Shown in pieces: positions 1 to 10,700 of a stretch of DNA of 32,000 nt (position 1 is its first letter; every line of letters begins with the position of its first letter). The DNA is from Amoeboradix gromovi X-113. Its lineage: Eukaryota > Fungi > Sanchytriomycota. Made by a program: the position numbers and the translations under genes. Where the stretch lies: the NCBI GenBank assembly GCA_018985225.1, contig JADGIF010000024.1:3606-35605 (forward strand), read 5' to 3'. The notes beneath the pieces were generated by a model. The model ran no database searches and was not told the origin of the DNA. It worked only from the letters and a program-made list of their open reading frames with translations.

Positions 1-129
1 AATGGTGAGACTGTCAAGATGAAATTGTTAGATCTCCCAATTGACGTTTCTGCGCTAAAATTCGAAAACTGGGATTTTGAACTGTCCGCATTAGCAATTG
101 GACGTATTCACGCTAGAAAAGATAGTTGA
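1..129 (+). CDS. 3' end of an unidentified gene running in from outside the window
   Basis: Frame 1 is open from base 1 to TGA at 127-129 (NGETVKMKLLDLPIDVSALKFENWDFELSALAIGRIHARKDS*). AATAAA overlaps the stop. It converges on MRD1 with an 11-bp gap. Confidence 0.55.
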   Translation, partial: NGETVKMKLLDLPIDVSALKFENWDFELSALAIGRIHARKDS

Positions 130-140
130 ATAAAATTTTA

Positions 141-2186
141 TTAAACAGAAGCCACTTTGCGCTTTTTGGCGGTAGTTAAGGCGTCATTTGCGCTTTCCTG
201 TCCACTGAATTGCATTATCAAATGCCTACCATAAAAATGAACTCCATTCATTTTTTGAATTAATTGCTTGGCATCCCCAATGGACTGACATTCAACAAAG
301 CAAAAACCACGATGACCTCCGTCATACTTTTTAGGCAATCTCAAAGATCGAATTGTGCAGACAGTTGATAACAAAACATGCAGTTCTTGACGAGTAGCTT
401 CGAAAGGTACGTTTTTTATCACAATCTTAGTCGATGCTTGTCCAAGGTCAACAGCTTTTCTTTTAGAGCCCAGTTTTTCTGTTTCGCGTTGTGATATTCT
501 TAAAACTAAAGAGTGGCCGTCCAACACTGTATTTGCTAACTTACGAATGCATCCCTCTGCATTGGCATGTGAGTCAAACTCAACAAACCCATATCCCATA
601 GAAAGTAGTTCACCACTAGGACTTTGCTTAGTTTTCATTAACGCTTTTCTAAAACCTGGCAAATGCTTAAAGAGATTTTCAAAATGCATGCTGCCCGTGT
701 TGAAATTCAAATTTTTAACAAAGACAGACACACAATTGTTTGATTCCTCAACAGGTGAAATAGGCTTGTCATTATCCTCATCGTTTTTTGGATTATCATT
801 GCTATTAGTGCCGACAACAATTGTAGGTGTTTTAGAAACAGGCTTTCCTCGGGTTTTTTTAAATGTAAACTTTGGTGCCCACTCCAAATACAACGGTAAC
901 CCATCAAATGGTTTATAGGAGGATGCTTTGAACGCAATTTTAGCTTCTGTAGGATGTACGTATTCAATTATCGCGACGGAACGGCTAGGTGGCAACAAAA
1001 GTCTTACAATGTCACCAAATTTTTGGAACCACCCTAAAAACTTTTCCACATTCATAGTCGATGTAAGATTCTTAACTAACAAAATCTTATCGCTTCGCTC
1101 GTCTTTACAGCTAAAGTCGTCATTCTCATTTGCTTCAAAGTTCTTAAAAGCATCTACTGATACGCCGTTCTCTTCAAACCAATTCTTTAATAACGATAAC
1201 TCTTGAACCTCCAACACCCCCATTCTAACAGCTGCACCTTCTTCATGTACGTTCAAAACTTCTGCTTCTGACATGCCTAATGATTTAGCCATATTAGCGA
1301 CAACAGATGTTGGATTCAAATACAAAGTATTCCAATTGAATCCTAATTGAGTGATCTTCTTTTTGTCCTGTAGTCTTTTTTCTTTCAAGCTGTACGCAAC
1401 TTCATTTGTAAGTGGAGAATCTCCTGGATAAATAAATATGTTTCTGCCTGAATAAACCAGGGTAGGGACAGAATCGGGCTTGGTTAACTCTTCTTGTTTA
1501 ACTCGCTTGTACTTCTTTCTTGATGCCTGTCCACCTAGACAGTACAACTTAACAGCATCTAAACCAAACATAAATTGAATAAATGCTATACCTTTTGGTG
1601 ATTTAGTAAGCTTATCAATTGGGACATGAACCTCTGATATGGGCCCAAATTTTTGGAAAAAATCTTTTAAATCAACCTCGGTGCAGTCATACGGAATATT
1701 TGTAATATACAGTCTAGATGTGTTCATTATTTTGTTAATAACATCGATAGAGTCAGAAGCTAACTGGGATTCATCTTGGCTGGCCTCAATGCCATCTGCC
1801 AATGTAGTCGTGTTTTGGATATCTGATTGTTCCTCACTCTTCTTTAATTCGTGTGCCGCTCTTTTCGGCATTTCTTCCTCTTTGTTGTCTGTGCTGCGTT
1901 CGTTGTTGATACATTTATCGTCTTTCAATTTTTGCTCTTCAAAAATAGATCTTGCATAGTCAATTTTAACTCTACTTGTGCCCAGATAATAGTTATCTAG
2001 GGATTGCAATTTCTTTGCGTCTTCTCTGCTTTTTACTCCAACAAATGCACAATGTCTAAATTTCTTGTCTTTGAATAGCAAATGAACATCCGTAACAACA
2101 ATGTCTGCAAACTTTTCGTTAATCAGTTTTATTAGGCCTTCCTTGCTAGTACAATTTATATTTTTGATCAATAATCGAGTTGACAT
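141..2186 (-). CDS. MRD1: Multiple-RRM pre-rRNA processing protein Mrd1/RBM19 (~681 aa)
   Basis: Five RRMs: N-terminal RLLIKNI..FRHCAFVG, RLYITNIPY..KGIAFIQF, LLVKNL..PLYLEWAP, LSMGYGFVEF, and KIVIKNVPFEAT..HRGFCFVE. The family linker FNWNTLYLN..AAVRMG is present. Start moved to MSTRLLIKN (ATG at 2186), where RRM1 begins; the longer ORF overlaps MIM1. Confidence 0.95.
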   Translation of the reverse strand: MSTRLLIKNINCTSKEGLIKLINEKFADIVVTDVHLLFKDKKFRHCAFVGVKSREDAKKLQSLDNYYLGTSRVKIDYARSIFEEQKLKDDKCINNERSTDNKEEEMPKRAAHELKKSEEQSDIQNTTTLADGIEASQDESQLASDSIDVINKIMNTSRLYITNIPYDCTEVDLKDFFQKFGPISEVHVPIDKLTKSPKGIAFIQFMFGLDAVKLYCLGGQASRKKYKRVKQEELTKPDSVPTLVYSGRNIFIYPGDSPLTNEVAYSLKEKRLQDKKKITQLGFNWNTLYLNPTSVVANMAKSLGMSEAEVLNVHEEGAAVRMGVLEVQELSLLKNWFEENGVSVDAFKNFEANENDDFSCKDERSDKILLVKNLTSTMNVEKFLGWFQKFGDIVRLLLPPSRSVAIIEYVHPTEAKIAFKASSYKPFDGLPLYLEWAPKFTFKKTRGKPVSKTPTIVVGTNSNDNPKNDEDNDKPISPVEESNNCVSVFVKNLNFNTGSMHFENLFKHLPGFRKALMKTKQSPSGELLSMGYGFVEFDSHANAEGCIRKLANTVLDGHSLVLRISQRETEKLGSKRKAVDLGQASTKIVIKNVPFEATRQELHVLLSTVCTIRSLRLPKKYDGGHRGFCFVECQSIGDAKQLIQKMNGVHFYGRHLIMQFSGQESANDALTTAKKRKVASV

Positions 2187-2223
2187 TGAAAAAAATCTCC
2201 TAAAGTTCTCCTTTGAATTGAGT

Positions 2224-2406
2224 ATGGCACTAAATATCTTGGGAGCATTCCAGTTGTCAGAGCAACAATCGCGATTCTGCAGAAGATATCTGTTATATCC
2301 TTTCGTATCTGGCATCCTATACGGCATCGGTGAATTGTCAGCAAGATGGTATTTTGGTTCACGATATTTGCTTCCTTTGTACCAGCAAATAAATTCTCTA
2401 AAATGA
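2224..2406 (+). CDS. MIM1: Mitochondrial outer-membrane import protein Mim1/Tom13-like, 60 aa
   Basis: ATG at 2224 gives MALNILGAFQLSEQQSRFCRRYLLYPFVSGILYGIGELSARWYFGSRYLLPLYQQINSLK*. The TM core LLYPFVSGILYGIGELSA matches the Mim1 signature LxLPFxNGxMLGFGELxA. Confidence 0.75.
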   Translation: MALNILGAFQLSEQQSRFCRRYLLYPFVSGILYGIGELSARWYFGSRYLLPLYQQINSLK

Positions 2407-2461
2407 TAACCAAAATCAGTAAATCGCTACTTTCTCAATTCTATTCATTTGCGCTGAAACC

Positions 2462-3574
2462 ATGAAACTTAACTTTGAACTCTTGATTTTTGCAGCATGC
2501 ATGGTTGTTGTCCTTCTAATACATGTAAAATTTACAAAATATGAATGGCAGCATCTGATGTTTAAACCTTTACCTTTGTTGTACTGGACAATGGATGCAC
2601 CAAAATTCAATTTTTCAGAAGCTATCCCAACTCTTAATCTTACTGTTCCAGTTGGAATAGTTTATCTGGTATACCCCAAATCGCTATTATCTTGTTATAC
2701 TTCAATAGGATTCTTGAAAGCCACGGAAAATGAAAATTATCCAATTGAGATCTGGTATCATTCTGACGAGACTTCGATTGATAAAATTTCGATATTCGAA
2801 AATGTGAGCGTTAGAAATTTAAAGGATTATAGTGTAAGTGTAGACTCTAAACTCAAAAACAACTATCACTTTAAAAGTGTTGCGATTTTGAATTCAAATT
2901 TTGCTAAGGTGATTTACGTGGATGCTGATGCTCTTGTCTTAGACAATCTTGACGTCTTATTGGAGCTGCATAGCAGTAGTCCAGTAGTAGCTGCTCAAGA
3001 TTACTGGTTTACTCCAATTTCCAATCCCATATATTCCTTGTTTAAAGTTTCCACAAAGTACACAAGAGACATGGAAGCTGGATTTTTGATAGTAGACAAG
3101 AGCAAATTGAGCGTCAAAAAGTCTCTGCAAATGGCTGTCGAAATGAATTTAAATCATGATATATTTTACAAGTATATATGGGGTGACAAGGACACTTTTC
3201 GTATTGCTTTTGAACAATTCAAGGTTGACATTAGTTGGTCAGATCCTCCTGGTATTGTGTCTTCCGACTTCTATTCCATAAATGGCAATTCCATGGCGCA
3301 TTTCTTCAATAATCAATTGCTGGTAATTCACATGACTTTACTAAAAGATTTTCCAACAATTCCCGAAAAACCATTTTCATACATCTGGCAGGACCACAAT
3401 AGTTTCTTTAATTTAGGGACTTTTGGTCATTTTATAAATCCAATTTGTGTCATGCCACTGGATCTCAGTTACAATTTGCTCTTTCATGAGCTTAGAAAAG
3501 AAGCAGTGTACAAGCTAAGGCTACTTGGCTATGACGTAGATCATAGAGTTGGGGATAAATACATAAACTTTTAA
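2462..3574 (+). CDS. Alpha-mannosyltransferase, GT71 (Mnn1/Mnn2-like), type II membrane protein
   Basis: N-terminal signal anchor, PIEIWY, FKSVAILNSNFAKVIYVDAD (DxD), EAGFLIVDK and the family motif WGDKDTF. Confidence 0.85.
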   Translation: MKLNFELLIFAACMVVVLLIHVKFTKYEWQHLMFKPLPLLYWTMDAPKFNFSEAIPTLNLTVPVGIVYLVYPKSLLSCYTSIGFLKATENENYPIEIWYHSDETSIDKISIFENVSVRNLKDYSVSVDSKLKNNYHFKSVAILNSNFAKVIYVDADALVLDNLDVLLELHSSSPVVAAQDYWFTPISNPIYSLFKVSTKYTRDMEAGFLIVDKSKLSVKKSLQMAVEMNLNHDIFYKYIWGDKDTFRIAFEQFKVDISWSDPPGIVSSDFYSINGNSMAHFFNNQLLVIHMTLLKDFPTIPEKPFSYIWQDHNSFFNLGTFGHFINPICVMPLDLSYNLLFHELRKEAVYKLRLLGYDVDHRVGDKYINF

Positions 3575-3600
3575 GAAATAAACAATTTATTTTCAAAACT

Positions 3601-6600
3601 ATGTCGGACACCAAATCTGATGTCAAAACATTTCAGCGTTTGTCATCGTCCAATTTTGGTTATTTTGCATGCGCCTTATCAGCGATACCGCTTGCTATAT
3701 CCTATCCTCGAAATGATATATATTTAGTTCTAGCCGCTGTTGCTTGTGGTTTTGTAGTTTTGTTCATCACCCTGGGTACAACTTGGTCAGTTTCGTTCAA
3801 GAAGGCTTTTTGGTTTAAAAAAGACAAAAATGGTAGCTATTGTTTTATTGAGCCTCATCTACATCGTGGAAAATCTGGAATTGTAACTGTACATTCTAAT
3901 TTATTAGAATTTCAAAAAATGAAGTTTTATTTTGACAATGACAAGTTGGTTAGAATTGTTCCACAGCAATCGTTTACTGCTGCTGAGTTGTCCAAGCAAA
4001 GAGGCATTTTAAGTGATCCCGCCCCATTCCTAGTTAAATACGGAGAGAATCACTTTCAAATTCCTGTGCCTTCATTCATGGAATTATTTAAAGAACATTT
4101 AGTTAAACCATTTTTTCTTTTCCAACTATTCTGTGTTAGTTTATGGATGTTTGACGAGATGTGGTATTATTCGTTGTTCACGCTGTTTATGTTATTTGTG
4201 TTTGAAGCTACAGTTGTTATGCAACGCCTTAGAACTCTCAACGAATTCCATCAGATGCAGCACCCTGCATTTAACGTGTACTGTTATCGTAAGAGCAAAT
4301 GGACTTTAATATCGACTCAGAACTTACTACCTACTGACATAATTAGTATTCCTATTTCTAGAGATGTTAAAGTGGAGCAAGAAGCCAGTATCCGTAATCC
4401 TGTTAAGCAGACTGTAGTTATAGAAACTATGACTCCCTGTGATTGTATCTTATTAAAACATTCTTGTGTCGTGAATGAGGCTATTCTAAGTGGCGAGTCT
4501 ACCCCTGTGTTGAAAGAATCTGCATTGCTAAAGAATGACCATGAGGTAATATCTAGTAATACTAAATTGAACATCGTTTATGGAGGCACTAAAGTGCTTC
4601 AAGTTACGAGTCAGGAAGATGTCGACTGTAGCATACCTAACCCACCTGATAACGGTGCTATCGCAATGGTACTACAAACGGGGTTTAATACGACCCAAGG
4701 TGAATTAGTTAGAGTTATGGTGTTTAGCAGCGAGCCTGTAAGTGCTAACTCCTTGGAAGCATTTGCATTTATTGGGTTCTTGTTAATATTTGCAATCACT
4801 GCTGCTGTGCATGTGTGGAATGTCGGCAGTTTGGATCCTAACCGTGATAAATACAAATTGTTCTTAAACTGCATAATGATTGTTACGTCATGCGTTCCTC
4901 CTGAATTGCCTATGGAGCTATCCTTGGCTGTCAATACATCACTAATGAGCTTATCAAAACTGAGCATATTCAGCACTGAACCATTTAGAATACCTTTTGC
5001 TGGAAGAGTTGATGTTTGCTGTTTTGACAAGACTGGCACTTTGACTCAAGAAGAATTAAAAGTGGTGGGTGTAGTCAACCAAAAGATGATAAGCGATCCA
5101 TTATCACTTGACTCTAATACATTACTGGCATTATGCACTGCTCATTCTCTTGTTATGCTGGCTAATAATAATGAAATAGTTGGTGATTCCATGGAAAAGG
5201 CTGTATACTCGTGGATCAAGTTTACTATGATTAACAATGTGGTCAAGTATAATAACAACTCTATTACCATTATCAAGAGATTTCCATTTAGTAGCGAATT
5301 AGCTAGAATGGGGACTATAAGCCTGCTTGGTGACAAGTCTATTATAAGCGTTAAAGGTGCTCCAGAACGTTTAAAATCCCTATTTGTTGATGCACCGGCT
5401 AACTACGATGAAATATTAAACACTTACGCTATACAAGGTGGTAGAGTAATAGCAGTTGGATTTAAACAATTAGACAAGCATTATACAAATGCTGAGCTCA
5501 AGAACTTAGACTTGACTGATATAGAACAGGGTTTAACGTTCTGCGGTTTCTTATGTCTTCAATCACCCTTAAAAAATGATGCAGCTGCAACAATCAAGGA
5601 GTTGCATGAGAGCACTCACCATGTAGTTATGATAACTGGTGACAATCCTAACACTGCAATTCATGTTGCTAAACAACTAGACATAGCACCATTAAATGTA
5701 GTCACAATCACAGCCATAGAGAACAAATTGATTATTCAGAGCGATATAGAGTCAATAGCTAGCATAGATGACATCAATTATTATAAGTTTAACATCTGCA
5801 TGACCGGCAAAGGATTGGAGTACCTTGTAAAGAATGATTTGAAGGCATTGAGCCGCATACTTATACACGTTGTTGTATTTGCCAGAATCAGTCCTGATCA
5901 AAAGGAATATATCATATTACAGTACAAAGAGCTAGGGCTTTACACATTAATGGCAGGGGATGGTAGTAATGACGTAGGAGCATTGAAACAAGCCCATGTT
6001 GGTATAGCTTTGTTAAACGGGACTGAAGAAGATTTAGATAAGATTCATAGAATGGCAAGGATACAGAGACTACAAAAGGTTTGGGAGAAGCAGACTAGCA
6101 TAGCAAGTAAATTCAATCAACCTGCACCGCCGCCTCCACCTGAACTTCAGAGGTGGTTGGATGCAAACAAACCAGCTGCTGCAACTAAGACTTTGCCAAC
6201 TGCTAGCAGTGCACAAGCAACGCAACAGGCTCAAATAGCGCAGATGATGATGGAAATGGAAGACGATACTCCTCAGTTGAAGTTTGGGGATGCGAGCATT
6301 GCAGCACCGTTTACCAGTAAATTGGGCAATACCAACGCAATAAGTCATATAATAAGACAGGGTAGGTGTACTTTGGTAACCACAATACAAATGTATAAAA
6401 TATTAGCTTTAAATTGTCTAATTAGTGCATACAGCATGAGCGTGTTGTATTTGCAGGGCATTAAATGGGGGGATTGGCAAATGACTATTCAAGGTATACT
6501 GCTAAGTGTTTGCTTCTTGTGTATAAGCAAGGGTAAGCCAATTGAAAAATTAAGCAAAGAAAGGCCGCAAGGAAATATATTTAATTTCTACGTGCTACTG

Positions 6601-7077
6601 AGTGTACTAGGGCAGTCGCTAATTCATGGCATCTCGTTTTATATAGTAGGTAGCCAAGTTATGGAGATAGAGGGTAAGTTAGAATTTGACTTTGAAAATA
6701 AAAAGAAATTTGTCCCAACTTTGTTGAATACCACTACATATCTGCTAAGCATGAGTATGCAAACTAGCACATTTTGGGTAAACTATATAGGAAGACCATT
6801 TAGAGAAGATATAAGAGAGAACTCAGTATTGTATAGAGGATTGTTGGCAGGGCTAGGTGTAGCGTTTGTAGGTGTATTAGAGATTGTACAGGAGTTCAAT
6901 AATTTTCTACAATTAGTGCCATTAAATGACGTATTTTAATTATTTATGTAGCTCAAGAATTGGCTAGGAATTGTAATGTTAGTTGATTTTATGGGATCTT
7001 TGATTTGGGAAAGAATAATGTTTTATTTATTTGCAAGTAATAAACAAAATAAATTGGAGGAGTGCTTGGAAAGATGA
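3601..7077 (+). CDS. SPF1: ER P5A-type ATPase Spf1/ATP13A1; join(3601..6930,6952..7077), ~1151 aa
   Basis: LSGESTP, P5A motif PPELPMELS, phosphorylation motif CCFDKTGTLT, MITGDN and MAGDGSNDVGALK. The last TM helix (LKNWLGIVMLVDFMGSLIWERIMFYLF) is recovered only after removing a 21-nt intron. Confidence 0.96.
6931..6951 (+). other. 21-nt spliceosomal intron in SPF1
   Basis: GTATTTTAATTATTTATGTAG: GT..AG ends and in-frame TAA and TAG. Removal joins VPLND to the conserved final TM segment. Confidence 0.85.
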
Positions 7078-7190
7078 TAGAGCAACTATGATTGTAATTT
7101 AATAAATGCTGTAACTATCACGTCTATAGTATGATATCGTTCTCTTCAGTACAAGTGGGATGGTATTCTTAGTTTGCCTCCTGGAAACAA

Positions 7191-7718
7191 ATGACTTCCA
7201 CGCTTCCAAGACCATTACTGAAGTTATTTGGACCACGGCCGCCATTAGAATATTTGCCGCCTGTTGCTAGGCTAAAGAGAGATATAAAAATAGGATGTAT
7301 ATATCCGTATTTACAAAACATAGAGCCCATGGAAAACATGGTCGTGGATGAGAAGGAAGATTACGTTACTAGGATACAACGCGAATATGATCAACGTAAC
7401 AGTAAAATCAAATTAAAAACATCGAATGCTTACGCTACCCTTTTTATTGGCAGATTACCCAAGGATGCAAATGAGCAATCCTTGCTTGAAATAGCAAATG
7501 ACTTTGGCGACACTGTTGGTATCAAACTGATTCTCGGAAAAAGAAGTAGATATGCCTTCATCGAATACAAATCTGAGCACAACGTAAGGCAAGCATTAAG
7601 AGGATTCCCTAGAAATTATAAAAATAAAAGAATTGTAGTTGACGTTGAAAAAGCAAGAACGTATAAGCAGTTTATTCCAAACAGGTACAAGGTTCTAAAA
7701 AAGGACTACAATAAATAA
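7191..7718 (+). CDS. SNP1: U1 snRNP 70 kDa protein (Snp1/SNRNP70), shortened to 175 aa
   Basis: Diagnostic N-terminus MTxxLPxxLLKLFxPRPPLEYLPP. RRM runs AYATLFIGRL..SRYAFIEY..RIVVDVEKART..FIPNR. Confidence 0.92.
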   Translation: MTSTLPRPLLKLFGPRPPLEYLPPVARLKRDIKIGCIYPYLQNIEPMENMVVDEKEDYVTRIQREYDQRNSKIKLKTSNAYATLFIGRLPKDANEQSLLEIANDFGDTVGIKLILGKRSRYAFIEYKSEHNVRQALRGFPRNYKNKRIVVDVEKARTYKQFIPNRYKVLKKDYNK

Positions 7719-7775
7719 TTCTATATAGTTGTTGAATAATTAAAATTATGATATCTAATGCTTTTATTGCTATGA

Positions 7776-10700
7776 TCAAGAGACTCCATCCTCTGGTAGT
7801 TGAACTTTAAGCGCCCCCTTCCTTATGAATTTGATATGTCCATCGTATCCGGTTGTGTATACATTCAAATGAGATTGGCAAATGCTAGATATTCCACTTT
7901 TTTCCAACGCACCCATGAATTTTGTGCTGTGAAGTTTCTTATAGTTCCTTATGCAGTCGTGCGAATCCAGACTGAACTGCTTTAAGCTACCTTCCACACT
8001 TCCGGTCATAAAGCTATCGAGATCTTCGTTTATCAACATAGTGTTTATGCTTGAGTTGTGCGCATGGAAAGTATCTATAATCTTATGCTGCCTTATATCT
8101 ATTACTGTTATTTCACCCTTTTTACCGACACTTATCAGCTGATTATTGTGATATCCTATTCTGTAAGTGCAGTGCTCTGATATAGAGTATGTTTCTACTT
8201 CTGCTCTGTTCTGCGGTAGTAAGCTATCGTAGATACCAATCTTACCTCCATTTTGCTTACCACTAACTGCTAATAACGTACCACTGTTCAAGAAACAGAA
8301 GTCATTTCCTACTCTATAGTTGAGCTGATTTTCCATTACCGGTGTCTTACCATGCACCAGATCATACAGCAGCAGATGTCCATCAACACTCCAACAACCG
8401 AATTTCTCGCCAAATGGATCAAAGTTGATTTTAACTTGCGGATTCCTCAGAACAAACTCTATTATCACTTTGGACGTGTTAAATTGATAGACTCCTATAC
8501 TGCTTGTATTTGTATTTGTCATACTCCATGAGTTGCTCGTATTTGGGGTGTTCTGTTGCTCGCATGCATATATCTTGTACTTTGGATTTATTGCAAGTTC
8601 TTTGCATACTATAGGTCTATTCAGCTTCACAACTTCATTTATGAATGACTCGCTAATACTCTGACTATCTGTCTTTTTTCTATGGAAGGCATTTAGAAAA
8701 CTAGCATTTCTAGGCAGAGTGCCTGTCGGTGATCCTACATTTGGACTATGTCCTCCACTCATTGGGGCTGACATTGGAGGTGTGTTTGTAGGATGGTACT
8801 CTTCCAACTCTGCTTGAGATGATATTTGAGTTAAGCTTTCCTCCAGCTGATTCTTTGGTATGCCGTCGTTCGTCTTTGATGACACAGAGCATTGGTCTGT
8901 GTCTACATCCATGTAGCAACACCAAGCATAGTTCACGTCTATCTCATATATCCCTTTACTCGTACATATCACCAGCTCATTATCGTTTACTACATTTATA
9001 CCGCTTGCAAATATTACAGTTTGTAGCTTAACCAAATCATGCACATTCTCTTCTATAATTGCGTTTTCTATCACTATGTTGGTGTTTGGTTGCAATGACT
9101 GTTTATTTGTTAAATTCTTGATTAAACCCTGTTGACTTGCCCATGTGTAACACAGTTCCCAGACATCTTGCATGCTACTGTACTGCAGATTGTTATAATA
9201 GTTCCCAAAGTCGTATATTTTATTCTTTGAGGATTCATTTTCTAATTCTAAACATTTTATCATAATGGGATGTATTAAGCGTGATATGAACTGGTTGCTC
9301 TGTTGCTGCTCTACCAGCACCTGCCCTGTGTGCCTGTTTATTTGCTCTTCTTCTCTTTGTGATTGATTCAACATATGATGCATGATGAATCTGTAAATCA
9401 GCAAGTCCAATACTTGCTTACTCTCTCGGCCTGATACTGTGTTAGGAAAGAGAGGCTCTTCTTTATCGTTGCTGTTTATGTTTGTGTATACTTGCTGCAG
9501 TATTACCTTGAGCTCGACTAGCATTTGCTGGTTCAATAATGCAAATATCGACAAACTATTTTGCAGTATTATTGCGATTTTGTAATACTCTTTTAGTTCC
9601 ATATAAACATTGATCAGCAATGTTATGCAGGTGCATGTAATTTGATTTATTACTGCAGAGTTGTTATCACAGCAGTCTATTATGGTAGCCAATAGATTTA
9701 TACCATTGATACTCAAGTACTGGTACAGACTAGAGCTCTGAGTATTGCCCGTATCGCACTGGTTCAAGAGCCGTGTGCTGTATAATAGCAGTTGCTCGTT
9801 AAATGTAGATGTGCTGGAAGCAATACTGGCAGCAGTTGCGCAAGTGTTGAGTTCCACTATCTCATAATACAAAGTGAACAAATGCGCATGCATACAATAC
9901 CATGTCATGTATTCGTTGAACACAGACTGTTCAATGTCCAGTATTGTGCATATTCTGTTTATTGAGTTAGTAATTCGGTTTTTATAATCCACGCTGGAAT
10001 TAGATAATTTTAATTCTACATGTGCCGACAAGGCGGATAGGACGTTGTTAATTAAACCAGATAAACTGTTTGCCATGATGCTAGTTGCACTGCTAGTGTT
10101 AGATGCCGCGACCAGACCCAGCAGCTGATTATACTGCTTATAGTAGTTTGCAGAGGAGTATATGTTGACAGAGTTGGGTTCAACATGATTAGAAATTATA
10201 TATGCATACATTGGATTCAACAGATTATGGCCAACGTTGTCTTTGTTGATTTTGTTCAAAACATTAATGCACGCAGTCTTATTATTTAATTTATAAAGGC
10301 ACAGTGCCTGTATATATGCATTACCACTACTGGATATGTGGTTTAATACAGTGTTAATCAGGGCTTTATTGTCCAGAGCAGTTGCTAGTATCAGTGCTAA
10401 ATCGTCCATTTCACAATGGTTCAATAGCACCATTATTGCTGACTCGTACTCTGTGCCCAGCAAAAAGAAAGATACTGCCATCAGGTACCTCTGCTTGCTT
10501 AACAATACATATGCATTTTTAGTGGCTGTTAGGGCACTCGGACTTGCAATATAGCTTTTTAGAAAGAGAACCATTTTGTTAGCATCTGGGAGTGTACTAT
10601 GCTTCCATAACATGGCGATAATATTGATTTTATTGTTGTTCCTATTCAGTCCCAAGTAGAGTATCATGACAAGCTCAATGTTCTTGGATTTAATGTATTC

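Noticed and set aside
2187-2327. 47-aa N-terminal extension of MRD1 in the ORF track
   Set aside because: RRM1 starts at MSTRLLIKN, as in orthologs, and the extension is antisense to the MIM1-like gene.
6931-6951. TAA/TAG-to-Gln recoding (as in some aphelids) to explain the in-frame stops in SPF1
   Set aside because: Many genes here end in TAA or TAG exactly where homology ends. The segment has GT..AG ends and the same consensus as two frame-shifting introns.
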